Source: Eledone cirrhosa
Taxonomy: Eukaryota
Assembly: GCA_964016885.1 (NCBI GenBank)
Contig: OZ024742.1
Span: forward strand, 149,358,001-149,422,000
DNA: 64,000 bases
Direction of reading: 5' to 3'
Each line of letters opens with the position of its first letter. The first letter of the stretch is position 1. Below are positions 40,681 through 54,947 of this stretch, one piece after another. A program made the position numbers and the translations under genes. The notes beneath the pieces are model-generated. The model was given only the letters and a program-made list of their open reading frames with translations, did not search any database and had not been told where the DNA came from.

Positions 40681-41800
40681 ATGCATCTACACACCCTATT
40701 AACCAGCAAATAAACAACCAAAATAACTGTAATTGTAGAACAAATAGAACTCGCCCCTTAGGAAAAGAATGCTTAATCAAAGACATCATTTACTCATGCA
40801 CACTCATTACAAACAACACTTTTAAAATTTATATAAATTTTAAAATAAATAGCATTATATAAAAGGATTCACTTATAACATAATATATTATATATTAACA
40901 CATAGAATTTAACTAATTGGAGTTACAAACAACTATACATTTTTCTCTTATATACAAATTAATCGCCAATTACCTCCCCTTTCACATTAGCTCCCCTTAG
41001 TATAGATCTCTAATCACTTCCTGAAATTAAACCGTTAGACAGATCACTCCAGAACAACTCGAACCCTTGATAAAATTGTAATAGGACCAATATACAATCC
41101 ATAGTTATAGCTACTAATAAACATTTATTAAAATATAACTAATGTAATGGAAAGGAACACCTTAAAATATTAATACTAACAACACATATACATTTGAACA
41201 TTACCGGAACAATTATCACATTGCATCCACCATAAACTTCATACAAACTGCTTTTCATACCCATGCATCTCTGTCTGCTTAATATGCTTTTATACCTGTA
41301 TTGTATTATGTGATACCTTTGCCATAATGTGATATATATGCTTAGTACCATTGCTTGTTTCTTACCTGGTTATTCTGTACATGCATAATACCTTTGCACT
41401 CGTTCTATACGTTTGCATATGTACCGCTAATGTCCTCAGTTTGCGAGTAACTTTCCTCTATAATTGTTGTATTCTTTTATAATCTTTGTCGCATCCACTG
41501 ATGCTGACCACATGATCTTCACTCTTTAAATATGACACTGTCAATTACAACACTAACATCTACGTATCTTTACAATTGTTCAGTGGAATAGGAGGTTAAT
41601 CATATGTGAAAACTTTGCTAGTGCTCCGATGATACCAAACGAAAGTTTGGAAGAAACGATTGTCAGCAATAAAATGTTTTGAACATAGTTTTGATTGTTC
41701 TGTAATTTATATTCCGGCTTTGTAAAACATCTGATGTATTTACATTGAGCTATTTTTCATACTGGTAATAAGATGGTAATGAATTACTGAGCTTTCCTGT
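40681..41800 (+). mobile_element. Inverted second PLE copy (pseudo-LTR) with internal deletion; HHR at 41622-41668
   Basis: Reverse complement of 39840-39982 joined to the reverse complement of 38358-39210. tgct-CCGATGA-taccaaac gaaa gtttggaa-GAAAC-gatt-GTC-agca-ATAAA. Confidence 0.85.
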
Positions 41801-41811
41801 TTATAATTATA

Positions 41812-42410
41812 CTAGCAGTGGTACCCGGTGTTGCACGGGATAAGGTATTTTGGAATGCGGGCCGCCAACAGACCTAATCGTGGAAAAACTGCATGCCTGG
41901 ACAATATGTAAAGAAAATAAACCGAATACTCTGATGACTGGATAATCTTTAAGATTTTCCTCGATGAAGCAGGAAAAATGCAGGTTTTCACCTAATGCGG
42001 GCCCTAGGGGATCAAGAAAATGAATTTTTTTTATGTGCATAATATGCCTTGAAATTTCGGGAAAATCGGCTAGATGTAACGCCTCAAATAAGCCATAAAA
42101 AGTTGAAAAAAAATGAAGTTTTTCACCTAATGCGGGTCCTACGCCATAAAAAAGTTGGATTTTCTTTGCTCTTAGTATGAAGAAGAGACTGACTAATACA
42201 TAGTTACAATTTCAAGGAAATCGGTCTGACATAACGCCTCAAAAAACCCCTAAAAGGCTGAAAAAAAACGCAGTTTTTCACCTAATGTGGGCCCTAGGGG
42301 ATCAAAAAGTTGAATTTTTTAATGTGCATAACACTCCCTGAAACATAAGTAATATACATGTAAAGTTTGAAAAAGTTGGTTGGGTACTTCTCGAGTTTTA
42401 GGGATTCAAA

Positions 42411-42503
<93 letters not shown>

Positions 42504-42720
42504 CCTCAGGGAAGAGAAAGACTAAGAATTATAGAGAGAGAGATCGTTAAATCGCCTAATGTGGTCCCTAGAGCATTGAAAATTTGAAATATTTGCTCAG
42601 AACACTCCCTGAAACATAAGTATTACATGTGTAAAGTTTGAAAACAGTCGGTTGGGTGCTTCTCGAGTTTTAGGGATTCAAACTCACACACACAGACATC
42701 CTCAGTTTTATATATATAGA
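41812..42720 (-). mobile_element. Non-autonomous Helitron-like element with internal duplications
   Basis: 5' TCTATATATATAAAACTGAGGATGTCTG; 3' hairpin CCCGTGCAACACCGGG then CTAG|T. Related plus-strand copy at 53561-54695. Confidence 0.75.
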
Positions 42721-43262
42721 CTAGCAGAAAACCACCCGGTGGGCGGTTTTCTGCTAGCAAATCTAATGTATATACTGATATTGTTGAGATTTGGATGAGA
42801 AATGTTTTCGGCACCACATGTTCACCGTCTCTCGGTGTGTCTTTTATGCATGTATAAATATATATGTTATCTATACGGTGAAATCTTTGAAATAAATATA
42901 TGTTAAAACGAAAAAGGAGAAAAAGAGATTAGTGACGGAAATATAAACGTTATGATACATAAACGTTATGATATAACGATGGAAATATATCTTCAAATGG
43001 TCCTTGGCATGGTGTCAAGTCAGAACCGCCTCGAACTGGTTACTTCTGGCTTGTGCAAGGTGTCTCTATAGCAACCAGCGATTCCCTCGGCCTCAGTGAC
43101 CAAAGTCAGTGGAGAGGGGAAGGTAATGTTTCTATAGCGACAGTGTTTCTCTTGGTAGTACCAAAGTGGAGAAAGGAAGGGGAAGGTAATATTTCTGTAG
43201 CACCTACATTTGAGTTTTAGGGAAGGACAGACAGACAGACAAACAGAGAAATGCCCATATAT
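42721..43262 (-). mobile_element. Second Helitron-like element abutting the first
   Basis: 3' end is a hairpin GCAGAAAACCGCCC..GGGTGGTTTTCTGC followed by TAG; (GTCT)n near the 5' end. Confidence 0.45.
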
Positions 43263-43269
43263 TTCTGTG

Positions 43270-43352
<83 letters not shown>

Positions 43353-43378
43353 CACACACAGAAATGTATATATATTTC

Positions 43379-43437
<59 letters not shown>

Positions 43438-43968
43438 CACACACAGAAATGTATATATATTTCTTAGAACAAAATTATTATTAATGTTTTGCTGTTCATA
43501 ACAATTGGAATTGAAAAATTACTTTTGAAATTATTAGTTATTTTCCTAATGCTTAGATATGTAAAAATGAAGCAATGTTTCTAATAATTGTTTCTACTTT
43601 TGGCACAAGGCCAGCAATTACCCAGTACATTACTGGTACTTTATTTTATCGACCCCGTGAGGATGAAAGGCAAAGTTAACCTCGGCGGTATTTGAACTCA
43701 GACCGTAAAGGAACGTAACTCCATGCTATGAAGCATGGTGTCCGACTCTCTACAGATTCTGCCAATCCACCGCCCTAATGTCTGTACGTAATTAGGGAGT
43801 GAGAGGGGAGTGAAAGAAAGGCAGAGGTGAAGTGACGAAGTGACTCTCTCCTCCTCCTCCTCCTCCATCTCCCCATTCGTCACAGCGATAGAGGGGAGGA
43901 ATGTTAGTGTGTTACAAAGAGAAAGAGTGAGAGTGAGAGAAACAGACAGACTAAAAGAGAGGGATAGC

Positions 43969-44019
<51 letters not shown>

Positions 44020-44780
44020 CAACCACGCGCGCACGTGTTTCCACTGTCGGACAGACAGACAGAGAAATTGCTGGTTATATATTATAAGGAGATATAGTGT
44101 ATATATAAGTATAAATAATATTATTGCAGTATCGGTAGAGGGTCGGACGCCATGCCTTCCAGCATAGTTACGTCCCTTTACGATCTGAGTTCAAATCCCG
44201 CCGAGGTTGACTTTGCCTTTCATCCTTACGGGGTCGATAAAATAAAGTACCAGTAATGCACTGGGTAATTGCTGGCCTTGTGCCTAAAGTAGAAACAATT
44301 ATTATTATATATATATATATATATATACACATTATATATATATATATATAATGTGTATATATATATATATATAATGTGTATATATATATATATACAACCT
44401 GTTTCGATTGGTATAACAATCTTATGAAATATGAAATATTAAAACAAACGTTTTTTTTCATATATTCTGTGAGAAGTTTGAATATATGTGAATTCTCTGA
44501 CAAAATGTCTTCTTATGAAGGGGTGGTGGTGAGGGTGGAAGTGGGATTCAGCAGGTCAGGATTCAATTGAATTCACATGGTTAAAAATAGAAAATGCTCT
44601 TACTATTCGTAATAATGGTCCAGATACCATTTTTGTCGTGTGTGTGTCTTTTGTGTAGGTATTTAGGTAGGGTTTAATTGTGTCAAAAGGTCATTGTTAG
44701 GGGTTTGTGAAAGAAGTTAAGAGTGGTTATGGAATTTTTCTTTTGTTGTTGTGTGTGTGTGTGTGTGTGTGCACATACAT

Positions 44781-44830
<50 letters not shown>

Positions 44831-47726
44831 GCTCACATACATACATGTCATCATACATACGCATACATACATTGAAAGAGGAAAGGAATAGCGCACACAA
44901 TAACGAACACGCATACATGTTTACGCTATTGTTTACACATATGAGTATAAAAGTAGTCAATTTTATTATGTAATGTCAATGATTCCACGTGTCATTTATA
45001 TAACCTGGAACATGTTTATATATTGTTGAGAGATTTCTCTCAAACCTTTTCATGCAGATTTATTTATACTTGCTACTGAATGTCTTCTACTTTATTTAGA
45101 TGTTTTCTACTTACAGCTACATAGAAAGGGATAGTTTTCCAGTTATTTTGTGCATTGTTTTTTCTGTAATAATTATATTCCAATAAAATATATATTTCTT
45201 TCTCACATTGGCACAAAGCCAACGATTTGGGTGAAAGGGAAAGTCGATTATATAGACACCAGTACTTAACTGGTACTTTATTTTATCAACTCTAGAAGAA
45301 TGGCCTCAGCGTGATTTGAACTCAAAACGTAAAAGGCCACAAAGCATTTTGTCCGAAGCTATAACGATTCTGCCAATCCCACTGCACCAATCAAAGATCG
45401 AACCTCAGCTATGTGTCCTAATCACTAGACGAAGGTATATCGACTAAACAATGGTTCCTATCAAATTTCTTAACCATTCAGCCATGTTGTGTCCTCAAAC
45501 TGAGACATAGAAGGATAAGTAACCTAAAACATAGAACCAGAATATTCAAAATGCCACAGACACCGTCGTTTGAATGTAAAGCGCCAGATCAGATATTGCA
45601 TGGTAACTCGTTTGATGCTTTAATAATTCCTCCAATCCACTATCCTGCACTGTATAAAACTAATTTACCGCCTTCGAAATGATGAAAAGCAAAGGTTCTT
45701 CACGTGATCTGAATTCATAGTGCAAAGAGTTGGGAGATATACTTCAAGGAGACCATCTGATGCTCTAACCATTCTGCCAGCTCTCATGCTTCACTAGCAC
45801 TACCATCACAAGCACCAAACATCCATGAGCCTACCAGAGAAGCGTTATGTGGTCAATCGACCGGCAGAAATGGTAACCAAATTGCCCTCAAATCGCACCC
45901 TACTACCATTAAAAAAGAACCGAACACACTGGGAAATGTAGATACAAATGTAGATACTAGATACAGTGTATAATATTGTAAAAAGGAAAACGGTCTTACA
46001 CGATTGGAATGCCTTTTGGTTTACTTGATCAATACTACCTAACACAACCATCTAAAACCCAGAACTTCAAACTATATTTTAGTTGTACTAACATTATTCA
46101 AGAACTCACAGCACGTCGTGTCATTAGTGTGTTAAATAATTGACTGATGTATCTCTTATGATGTATATTGCTAAAGATTTTAAATTTTGTTTGCTCATTC
46201 ATTCTAACTTTCTATAGAAGAGCTGATAGGCCGCGAATTGGCGAAGTTGTTAGAACGTCGGATAGAATACTTTGGGCTATTCGTTCCAGTCCTCTGCGCT
46301 CTGAGTTCAAATCCTGCCAAAATGAACGTTGCCTTTCATCTTTTAAAGGTCGATAAAAAATATCAGTCCAATATTGGGCTCGATTCTTCCTATGTAGCTC
46401 TTTCTCACTTCTTCTCTCTCCCCTGGAAGAAATCGGTTATGTCCAGTCCAAGAGAGGGATGGGTTTTGCCAGGTCTAAAAATCCCAAGACACGCCATATA
46501 CACCCCTACGACTACATAGATAGATAGACGAGTCGACGCTGGACATGTTAGAAATAGCAGTAAACAAATCTTCCTCAAATTAAATTCATACTTTCTTAAA
46601 ATAACGAATGACACAATGGATAATATAGACACGGATATATAACAAACAAGACTTAACAGAGCCAATTAAGAACCTTCTACGTGTTCACTGGATGTGCTAA
46701 AAATAGCAGCCAGACCTTCCTTGATTCGCTGGAAAAATAAACAGGACACATTGTAGTATATAGTCTAACATACAGGCAAGGCTAACTGGTTAAAGAATTC
46801 ACTTCAGCTAAGATAGCTTGCAAGTCAATCAAAGACGACCTGAGCGAGGCGCTAAGCCATGTCCAGCTCAGAGTGGGAGTCAAGTACTGTAGAGCTCCTC
46901 CGCAAAATCGAAACGTCAGCAGCCCGTCTGTGGAAGGAGCCCCGCAAGGTGGAGTCGCCGTTGTAGTGGGTGTCGCTGGCCAGTGTCCGCTGGGCGCAGC
47001 CGAAACACCACCCGCCCTAGGCATATAGCCGGTCACCCTCTCCCGTTCGCTCTCTCTTTCTTCCATCCCTGCTCTTTCCCTTTTCCCATTACATTTATGG
47101 CGTTTATAGTCCTTTCCCCTACTTTCCTATAGAGTCACATCTACCCTTCTTTGCCCCCCCCCCCCCTTTTTCATTTCTTAATTTTATTTTTATCTTTTTC
47201 TTTTCATATTTTCATCGTTGTATAACTTCTTTTTGTAATATATAGTTGACATAATATATTTATGTATAACAGATAACAAAATAGAATTTTACTTCAAATA
47301 GCAGTTAATAAAAAAAGAATCTACTAAATTGTGACTGCCGTGTAATGACTGAAACAAAAAAAAAACAAAAAAAAAAACAACAACTCTTGGAACAGGTAAA
47401 AGAGTAAAAGAGTAATACTACAAAAAAAGACAGTGTGATTGCAGCTGGAATGTTTTTAATCGTAGGTCTGCTTGACCAAGCTTGAGCTGAGCTAATCAAC
47501 AACAAAAACACATTTGACTGTAGACTCAACAACAATGACTAGATATATGCTGAGAGACGGTCGATTTAGCAGTCATGAGAAAATTTGGTATCTGTTCCTT
47601 GTCTCTGCATTCTGATTTCAAATCCCGCCGCGGTCCATTTTCTCTTTCAGTATAGTGTTGCTATCACATTCTGGATGTTCTTCTAGATCATAGACACCAA
47701 AAACATGATACATACTACGAAATAAT

Positions 47727-47910
47727 TGTTTCCACTTTAGGCACAAGGCCAGCAATTACCCAGTGCATTACTGGTACTTTATTTTATCGACCCCATAAGG
47801 ATGAAAGGCAAAGTCAACCTCGGCGGGATTTGAACTCAGATCGTAAAGGGACGTAACTATGCTGGAAAGCATCGCGTCCGACCTTCTACCGATACTGCCA
47901 ATCCACCGCC
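47727..47910 (-). mobile_element. SINE family A, full length with TSD
   Basis: TSD CATACTACGAAATAAT at 47711 and 47911. Confidence 0.85.
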
Positions 47911-48292
47911 CATACTACGAAATAATACTCGATTGCGAGAGACTGTTGCAGATATATGCTGAGAGAGAGAGAGAGCAACTTTTGCCTTGACATAATTTGA
48001 ACCTTAGCTCCATCGATGGTGTCTTGATTGCTAAGAAGATGTTTTCTTTTTGAGCAACTGGAAAGATAAGTAAACATCACTTGTAGGATTATGAAAGAGA
48101 AAAAAAAATATCGACTTTTCAGAGTTACGAGAGCAACGAAGTTTCTTAACAGCTGTCTACACACAGAAGCCCCAAAATATCAGGTATACCATTCTTACTA
48201 TCTGGATCATAAGATATCAGCATGGGTATTGCCTTCTCTGCCTCCTCCCGTCCTCTCCAATAAAAAACAAAAAAACATACACATACACACAC

Positions 48293-48332
<40 letters not shown>

Positions 48333-48555
48333 GTCTTCTCATGTTTATGAGAAAGCTATATAGAAAGACTATCAGTTTACAAAATCCTTTCTCTCATATC
48401 TACTTTTCTTACCTAAGTGTATTTATTTATAGAAAGGAATGTATCATATATATACGTGTAACACAAAACTGATGGTGAAACTAACAGAGGTTGAGCCTTT
48501 AGTACCTCTCTCAACGTTTGTTTATTAATTTATACGTATGCGTTTTTCAAAATGG

Positions 48556-48606
<51 letters not shown>

Positions 48607-50446
48607 ACACACACATATATATACCAATGTGTGTGTGTGTGTGTGAACACGTTTGTAAATGTGTGCTTATGTATATATAATATAATATAATATAATATAA
48701 TATAATATATATATATATATGACCTTTCGAAACGGTGATTCACCCCGTCGCAACTCAGTTTCTCGCTATGTACGATTCTTCAGGTACATACGCGAGTGCA
48801 CACACACAAACACTCAAAAGTATATATACGCACGTACGTGTGCGTGCTCGTATGTTCTTGTATTACAATGGTTATCAAGCTGATGGTTGAACGTAACTGG
48901 AATCTTGATATTGAAAACCAGAGCTAGATATAAACATCGATATAAACGATGTTATGGATAACCTTGCTTTAAGTACGCCAACATTTTCAAGGAGCATACT
49001 TTCTACTGATAATGGTTTAGAGCATTATTATTGCAAGGGCGATGAGGGCGGTGGATTGGCAAAATCGTTAGCGTGTCGGACAAAATGTCACGAGATATTT
49101 GTTCTGTTTTTTTTACGTTCTGAGTTCAAATCCCACTGTGGTCAATTTAAAATTTCGTCCTTCTGAGCACGATAAAATAAAGTACCAGTTATGTACTGGG
49201 TTAGATACAATCGACTTTCCCCTTTCTCAAAATTGCTGGCCTTGTGCCAATGCTAGAAAGAATTATTATTGCAAGGGTGTGTGGTGGTGTGAGTGGTTTT
49301 GAACCTAGATTCAAATGGTGGCTAATCAGGCAAGACATTAGAACCTTGCATCAAACCCTTTCTGCTCTTTGAGTTCAAATCCAAGTGAGATCAATTTTGT
49401 CTTACAACCTTTAGGGATTGATAAATAAAGTATGGGACGGTGGTTTAATGGGATTGTTAGAAAGTCGGACACGATGTTTTGCACCATTTGTTTTGGCTCT
49501 GTAAAATCCACTTCTTGTAAATAAAAAAGCGATTACATTATAGAATTGGGACCGCTATCATCAAAACATTAAACATAACATATGAGATATAACCTCATAC
49601 ACGGCCGGTGAGACTTGCCGAGGTCTGGGCTGCAAAATGCCTAAGGTACTAAAGTAACATTATACTATAAATTTCAGGCCACAGATTCTTTCTCTAAAAT
49701 TTCCCTAGACGTTGCAACCACAATGCAAGTTGAAATGGAAAGCTGTGATATCAGCTAATATAATAATGATTAAACGATTTCTGGTTAAGGCACAAGACAA
49801 ACAATTTTTGGAGAGGGCAAAGTCGATTACATAGACCTCAGTACGTGACTAGTACTTTATTCCATCGATCTGCAAGAATTAAAAGCATATTTGATTTCAA
49901 CGGAATTTGAACTCAGAATGTAAAGTACTGTAACTAAATAATTGTTTCTACTATATGCACAGAGCCAGACATTTTGGGGGTGGGGAAAGTCGATTAAATT
50001 GACCCCAGTGCGTGGCTGGTACTTTATTTTATCGACCCCGTAAGTATGAAATGTAAAGTTAACCTTGGCAGGATTTGAACACAGATCATAAAGGGCCGTA
50101 ACTCTACGGTGCAAAGCATGGCGCCCGACCCTCTACCGATACTGCCAATCCACCGTCCTATTGTAACTAAATAATAATATAATAATTGTATCTAGTTTTT
50201 GGCACAAAATAATAGTATAATAATAATAATAATAATTGTTTCATTTATTATAATGGTTTCTTTATTGGCCCCAAGGGCTAACATGAAGAAAAACATTAGA
50301 GACGGCACAGAACAGTACAGGGCGATACAAATTGGGTTTTGGTCGTGTAAACAGGTTATAAAAACATAAAAATCGGGCTAAAAATAAAACAAAATTCAAA
50401 CAACAAAAATTCCCCAAAAAGGGGGAAACCTCCGAGGGTCACTCGT

Positions 50447-50646
50447 CATAAGGGCCATATAATAATAATGATTTCTAGTATAGACACAAGTCCAGTAATT
50501 TTGGGGAGGAGAAAGTCGATTAAATTGACCCCAGTTCATTACTGGTACTTTATTGAACTGAGGTCGATTTAATCGACTTTCTCCTCCCCCAAATTACTGG
50601 CCTTGTGCCTATACTAGAAATCATTATTATTATACGGCCCTTATGG
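50447..50646. repeat. Fold-back inverted repeat made from a SINE-A 3' half plus its flank
   Basis: CATAAGGGCC.TATAATAATAATGATTTCTAGTATAG...CAGTTCA and its reverse complement; ~15-nt loop. Confidence 0.85.
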
Positions 50647-50659
50647 CCAATAAATGCTG

Positions 50660-50702
<43 letters not shown>

Positions 50703-52180
50703 GTTTCTGATTTAGTCTAATTGTAAATGTATCTATTTGCAGGTTCATAGAACAATGGTTTGTAACATAGGAGTAAAGCCATCATGTTTTGGTGTGTAGG
50801 AGTTTAGTCATTTATATTGAGCTCAGAACTTTACTGGAATTTATTTTATCAATGAATGCAACTAAATAGTGTAAGGTATTTTTGTCTGATGCTCTACCGA
50901 TTGAGTCATTAATCGCCCTTACACATGTGTAAATACATGGAATTGACCTCGTCGTTTTCGACGATTAACGTTTTAGTTGTTCAATCAATGGAACAGTCCT
51001 CTCATTAAATTATCGTGTAGGTTATATAGGTGAGCATATATATCAAATTAACGAGCATTCCACAGACACGTGTACCCTTGTAATTCTTAGGGAAATACAA
51101 GGTGATACAGTGTGTGAAAAGAGAGGCCCTTTCAATTACAGGTACAGTTCGTCGTCCGACGGGATTCCAAACAGCGTCTATCTGCCTAATGACACTCACA
51201 ATGAATGGGTCAACTCGTACTATAGTAAATGACACTTGCTCAAGATGCCACGCTGCGGGATCAAACCTTGGACCTAATGATTGGAAAGCAAACTTTTTAA
51301 CCATTTGGCTATGCTTCCCCCACTTTGTAAATACATCGGTAAATATCATAATTGAGAAAGGAATTGTTGTAGAACATATGAGGTATTTAGAAAATGGGAG
51401 TAGAGAGGAGTTTATGACTTGAAAGAGTAAAACTAGAAAACGAAGACTAGCATTTATCGAATCCTATTGAAAGTTTTTTGAACAATATACAAGAACATAT
51501 ATATATATAGATGTCATATATATACGGATTTATAGATATCAGCTGCACGAATATATAGCCATTATATATACGAACACTGGCATTATATATACGGTGGACT
51601 GGCAGTATCGGTAGAGGGTCGGACGCCATGCTTTGACGCATAGAGTTACGGCCCTTGCCATTCTGAGTTCAAATCCCGCCGAGATTAACTTTGCCTTTCA
51701 TCCTTACGGGGTCGATAAAATAAAGTACCAGTAATGCACTGGGTAATTGCTGGCCTTGTGCCTAAAGTAGAAACAATTATATATACGAACACATAGACAT
51801 CATAAACACGAACATATAGACATCATACACACGAATATATAGCGATAACACACACAAGATTCATAGATATCATGTACACATACACATAGCTCTAATACAG
51901 AAGGTTATATAGATATAATACACAAGATTATGTAGATATAATACACAAGATTATATAGATATAATACACAAGATTATGTAGATAGATATTCAACCCACGG
52001 ATATAATCCGTAGGAGTATGTAGATATCCAGGGGTACTTTACCTGATTTTTCCCAACTATTATTTATAGTGATCGACTATTGATATAACTATTTACTTAT
52101 TTACATTGGGACGACTACATTTCAAATATTATTGTATTTTTTCTGTCTGTCTGTCTCTCTCTCTCTCGCTCTCCCTCTCT

Positions 52181-52230
<50 letters not shown>

Positions 52231-52468
52231 CGTAAAATAAGAAAATTTTAAAAAGTTAGTAGGCTTCTGTCATCTTACCATCCCACTCCTACCGACTAGC
52301 TTCAGTGTCACGTGATTGATTCTTTAGAATCTGCCATTTGACCAGTGGCAGCGAGCTTTTCAGTGCATGGAATCCAGTCCCCGCTAGCTGTTCCATCTAC
52401 CGAATTATTATTATTTTTATATGAGTCCCCAGTGTCCGCGCATTGCCTGGAGACTTAGCTGAGAATAG

Positions 52469-52549
52469 ACTCCCTGATGACGCAATGAATTCTCGACAGT
52501 TTATTACGTAACTGTCTTTATCCCATTGCAGAAACTAATTAGTTGGAGT
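52469..52549 (+). ncRNA. Type I hammerhead with long stem II, family J
   Basis: actcc-CTGATGA-cgcaatg..gacagtt..aactgtc..cattgca-GAAAC-taatta-GTT-ggagt. The segment 52222-52607 has short inverted ends (ATAAAAGACGTAAAATAAGAAAATTT). Confidence 0.75.
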
Positions 52550-52712
52550 GAAAATTTAGTAAGTAAGTTAATTTTTTTAAATTTTCTTATTTTACGTCTT
52601 TTATATTATTGTTCTGCATCCTCCTGCATTGAACCACCTAGGTACTATGACATAACCTGTGTATTTGCTAGCATTAGCGTACATCTGTACGCATATGTTA
52701 GTAGATATACTA

Positions 52713-52818
<106 letters not shown>

Positions 52819-53560
52819 TTAGGTTTGAAAGTTCACCACTGGATAGAGTTGGTCATTCCGTATGGTCAATCTTGATGTAATAATATGAAGAGTACTCAAC
52901 GTAAAGCAGCTCAACCCTCTTCGTTTGTGTAGTTGGTGGTGCGAGTACGGAGTTAATTATTATAATAACATAACAGGAGGCTGGACTTGTGTAAATCCTT
53001 GAAAGGTTTATTATACTATGACCGTTTCAATGATCGGGTTCCGTATGAATCCGGTGATATCATCTGGTATTCGAAATATAATAAATGAATGTAACAGATA
53101 AAATCCATATATATATATATATATAACAAAGGAATTGTGGTATGGAACCAGATGGACCATAACGCACCAGAGTCCAGAAATAGCCGTCGAAATGGCTTGA
53201 GCTCTGCCGTCGGGGTCATACTTTTTCCTATATATATATATATGTATATGCACGCACATGGTGTCCTCCCAAAATATATACACACTTCAACATTCTAATA
53301 AATATTGCCTGTACAGGTAATCAAAGTGTGTATACATTTTTTGGGACACCCTGTATGTATGTATATAAATATATATATACATGTGTGTGTGTGTGGGCGC
53401 GCGCGTGTGTTGTATGTGGACATGATTCATATATTTATGTATATAGCAATGGAATTTAACAGTTCGTTATCTTTAGTTAGACCTAACTAGGGAACACATG
53501 GAAGTGGTAGGTTTGATTGGTTAAAACGATTGATAGACCACACATTAAAAGGAGGATTAA

Positions 53561-54695
53561 TCTCTCTCTATATATAAAACAGAGGATGTCTGTCTGTGTA
53601 AATCCCTAAAACACGAGAAGTACCCGACCGATTTTTTTACAAACTTTACATGTGTGTTACTTATATTTCTTGAAGTGCAATCGGCTAAAAAATTGTTATG
53701 CCCTAGGCGAAATAGGCGCATTAGGCGAAAAACTGCATTTTTTAGGCATTTTTAGGCTTTTTTGAGGCGTAACTTAAATATAATTCAGCCAATTTCCTCA
53801 AAATTTGCAGCACATATTAGTTAGTCCCCTCGCATTGCTGTGGACAAAAAAAATCCGATTCCGTTAATTTCTAGGAAATTTACGAATTAGCATTGGGCAT
53901 TACATGCCATTTTCATTTTCAATATAAACGCTACTTAAACATCGTAAGTAGCGCATAATATTTCGTTAAAAATTTGGTTTATTTAACAGAGGACACAAAA
54001 CTTACTTACTTTTAAGCAGGACCATTTTCGGGGGATTGAGGAAATGAGGAGGACCTTACATATTTTGTCGGCGCCCTGTTGCTTTCATCACGCGCAAATC
54101 CGGGCCCTGTGTACGTTGCCGTGTTATTGACACCGTAAAACTCACGTCTGTGCTACTTCTACTAAGACCCCTTTTGTTGCACCTACACCGCAGTATGTAC
54201 GCCCTGCACAAGTACGCCCAGCAGCGGTTGTGCTAATTCCGCGGTGACCCCTTTTGTTGCACCTTTATTGCTGTGTAAACGCAATGCAACCAGTGCCGCC
54301 CAGCGTTTGTGCTAATTGCACTATGACCCCCTTCTGCTGCAGCTGCGTTGCCACGCTGATTTCGTCATCTCAATATCTTTACTTAAACGTACATCCCTAC
54401 TTGGTTTTCACACAATTGACTACGTCGCTCCTTCAGACTGACGTGTGTTCCCCATCCGTGACGTAATTCGTGAACAGACTTACGACATACATCGCCCCAC
54501 AACACTTACTTACTCCTTTCACATACAGGATTTCAGCAATCAACCCACTGACTCTGCTACTACTGGATTCGGCCTGCTGGTGTTCTACGTTCCCAGTAGA
54601 TGAACAATCATTCCCTGAGAATAAAGGAATTCAAAAAGTACACAGCACATTCTTCAATCTTTGCATATGCGTGTAACGCCGGGTCCTGTTGCTAG
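53561..54695 (+). mobile_element. Non-autonomous Helitron-like element
   Basis: A|TC..TATATATAAAACAGAGGATGTCTG ... GCGTGTAACGCCGGGTCCTGTTGCTAG|T. Confidence 0.7.
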
Positions 54696-54947
54696 TAAAT
54701 AAATAAACCAAAAGCAGAAAAAATTTCAACCGAAAATAACAATAACAAGATTAAAATTGTGTAAATATTCACCATCTTGAAATTGTAGCGATGGCATTTA
54801 TGTGCCAATTGAACATACTTTGCGTAGATGCTTGACCTAGTAGAAATTACTGCCAAATCTTCTTCAAATCGAACACTACTGTCCTTTAAAAAATGTAGGA
54901 CCCATTGAATAATGTAAGTTTAGATACATTGCTTGAATATATATATA

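Noticed and set aside
48740-48790. Possible HHR on the minus strand (CTGAAGA..GAAAC-tga-GTT)
   Set aside because: Stem I does not pair; at best decayed.
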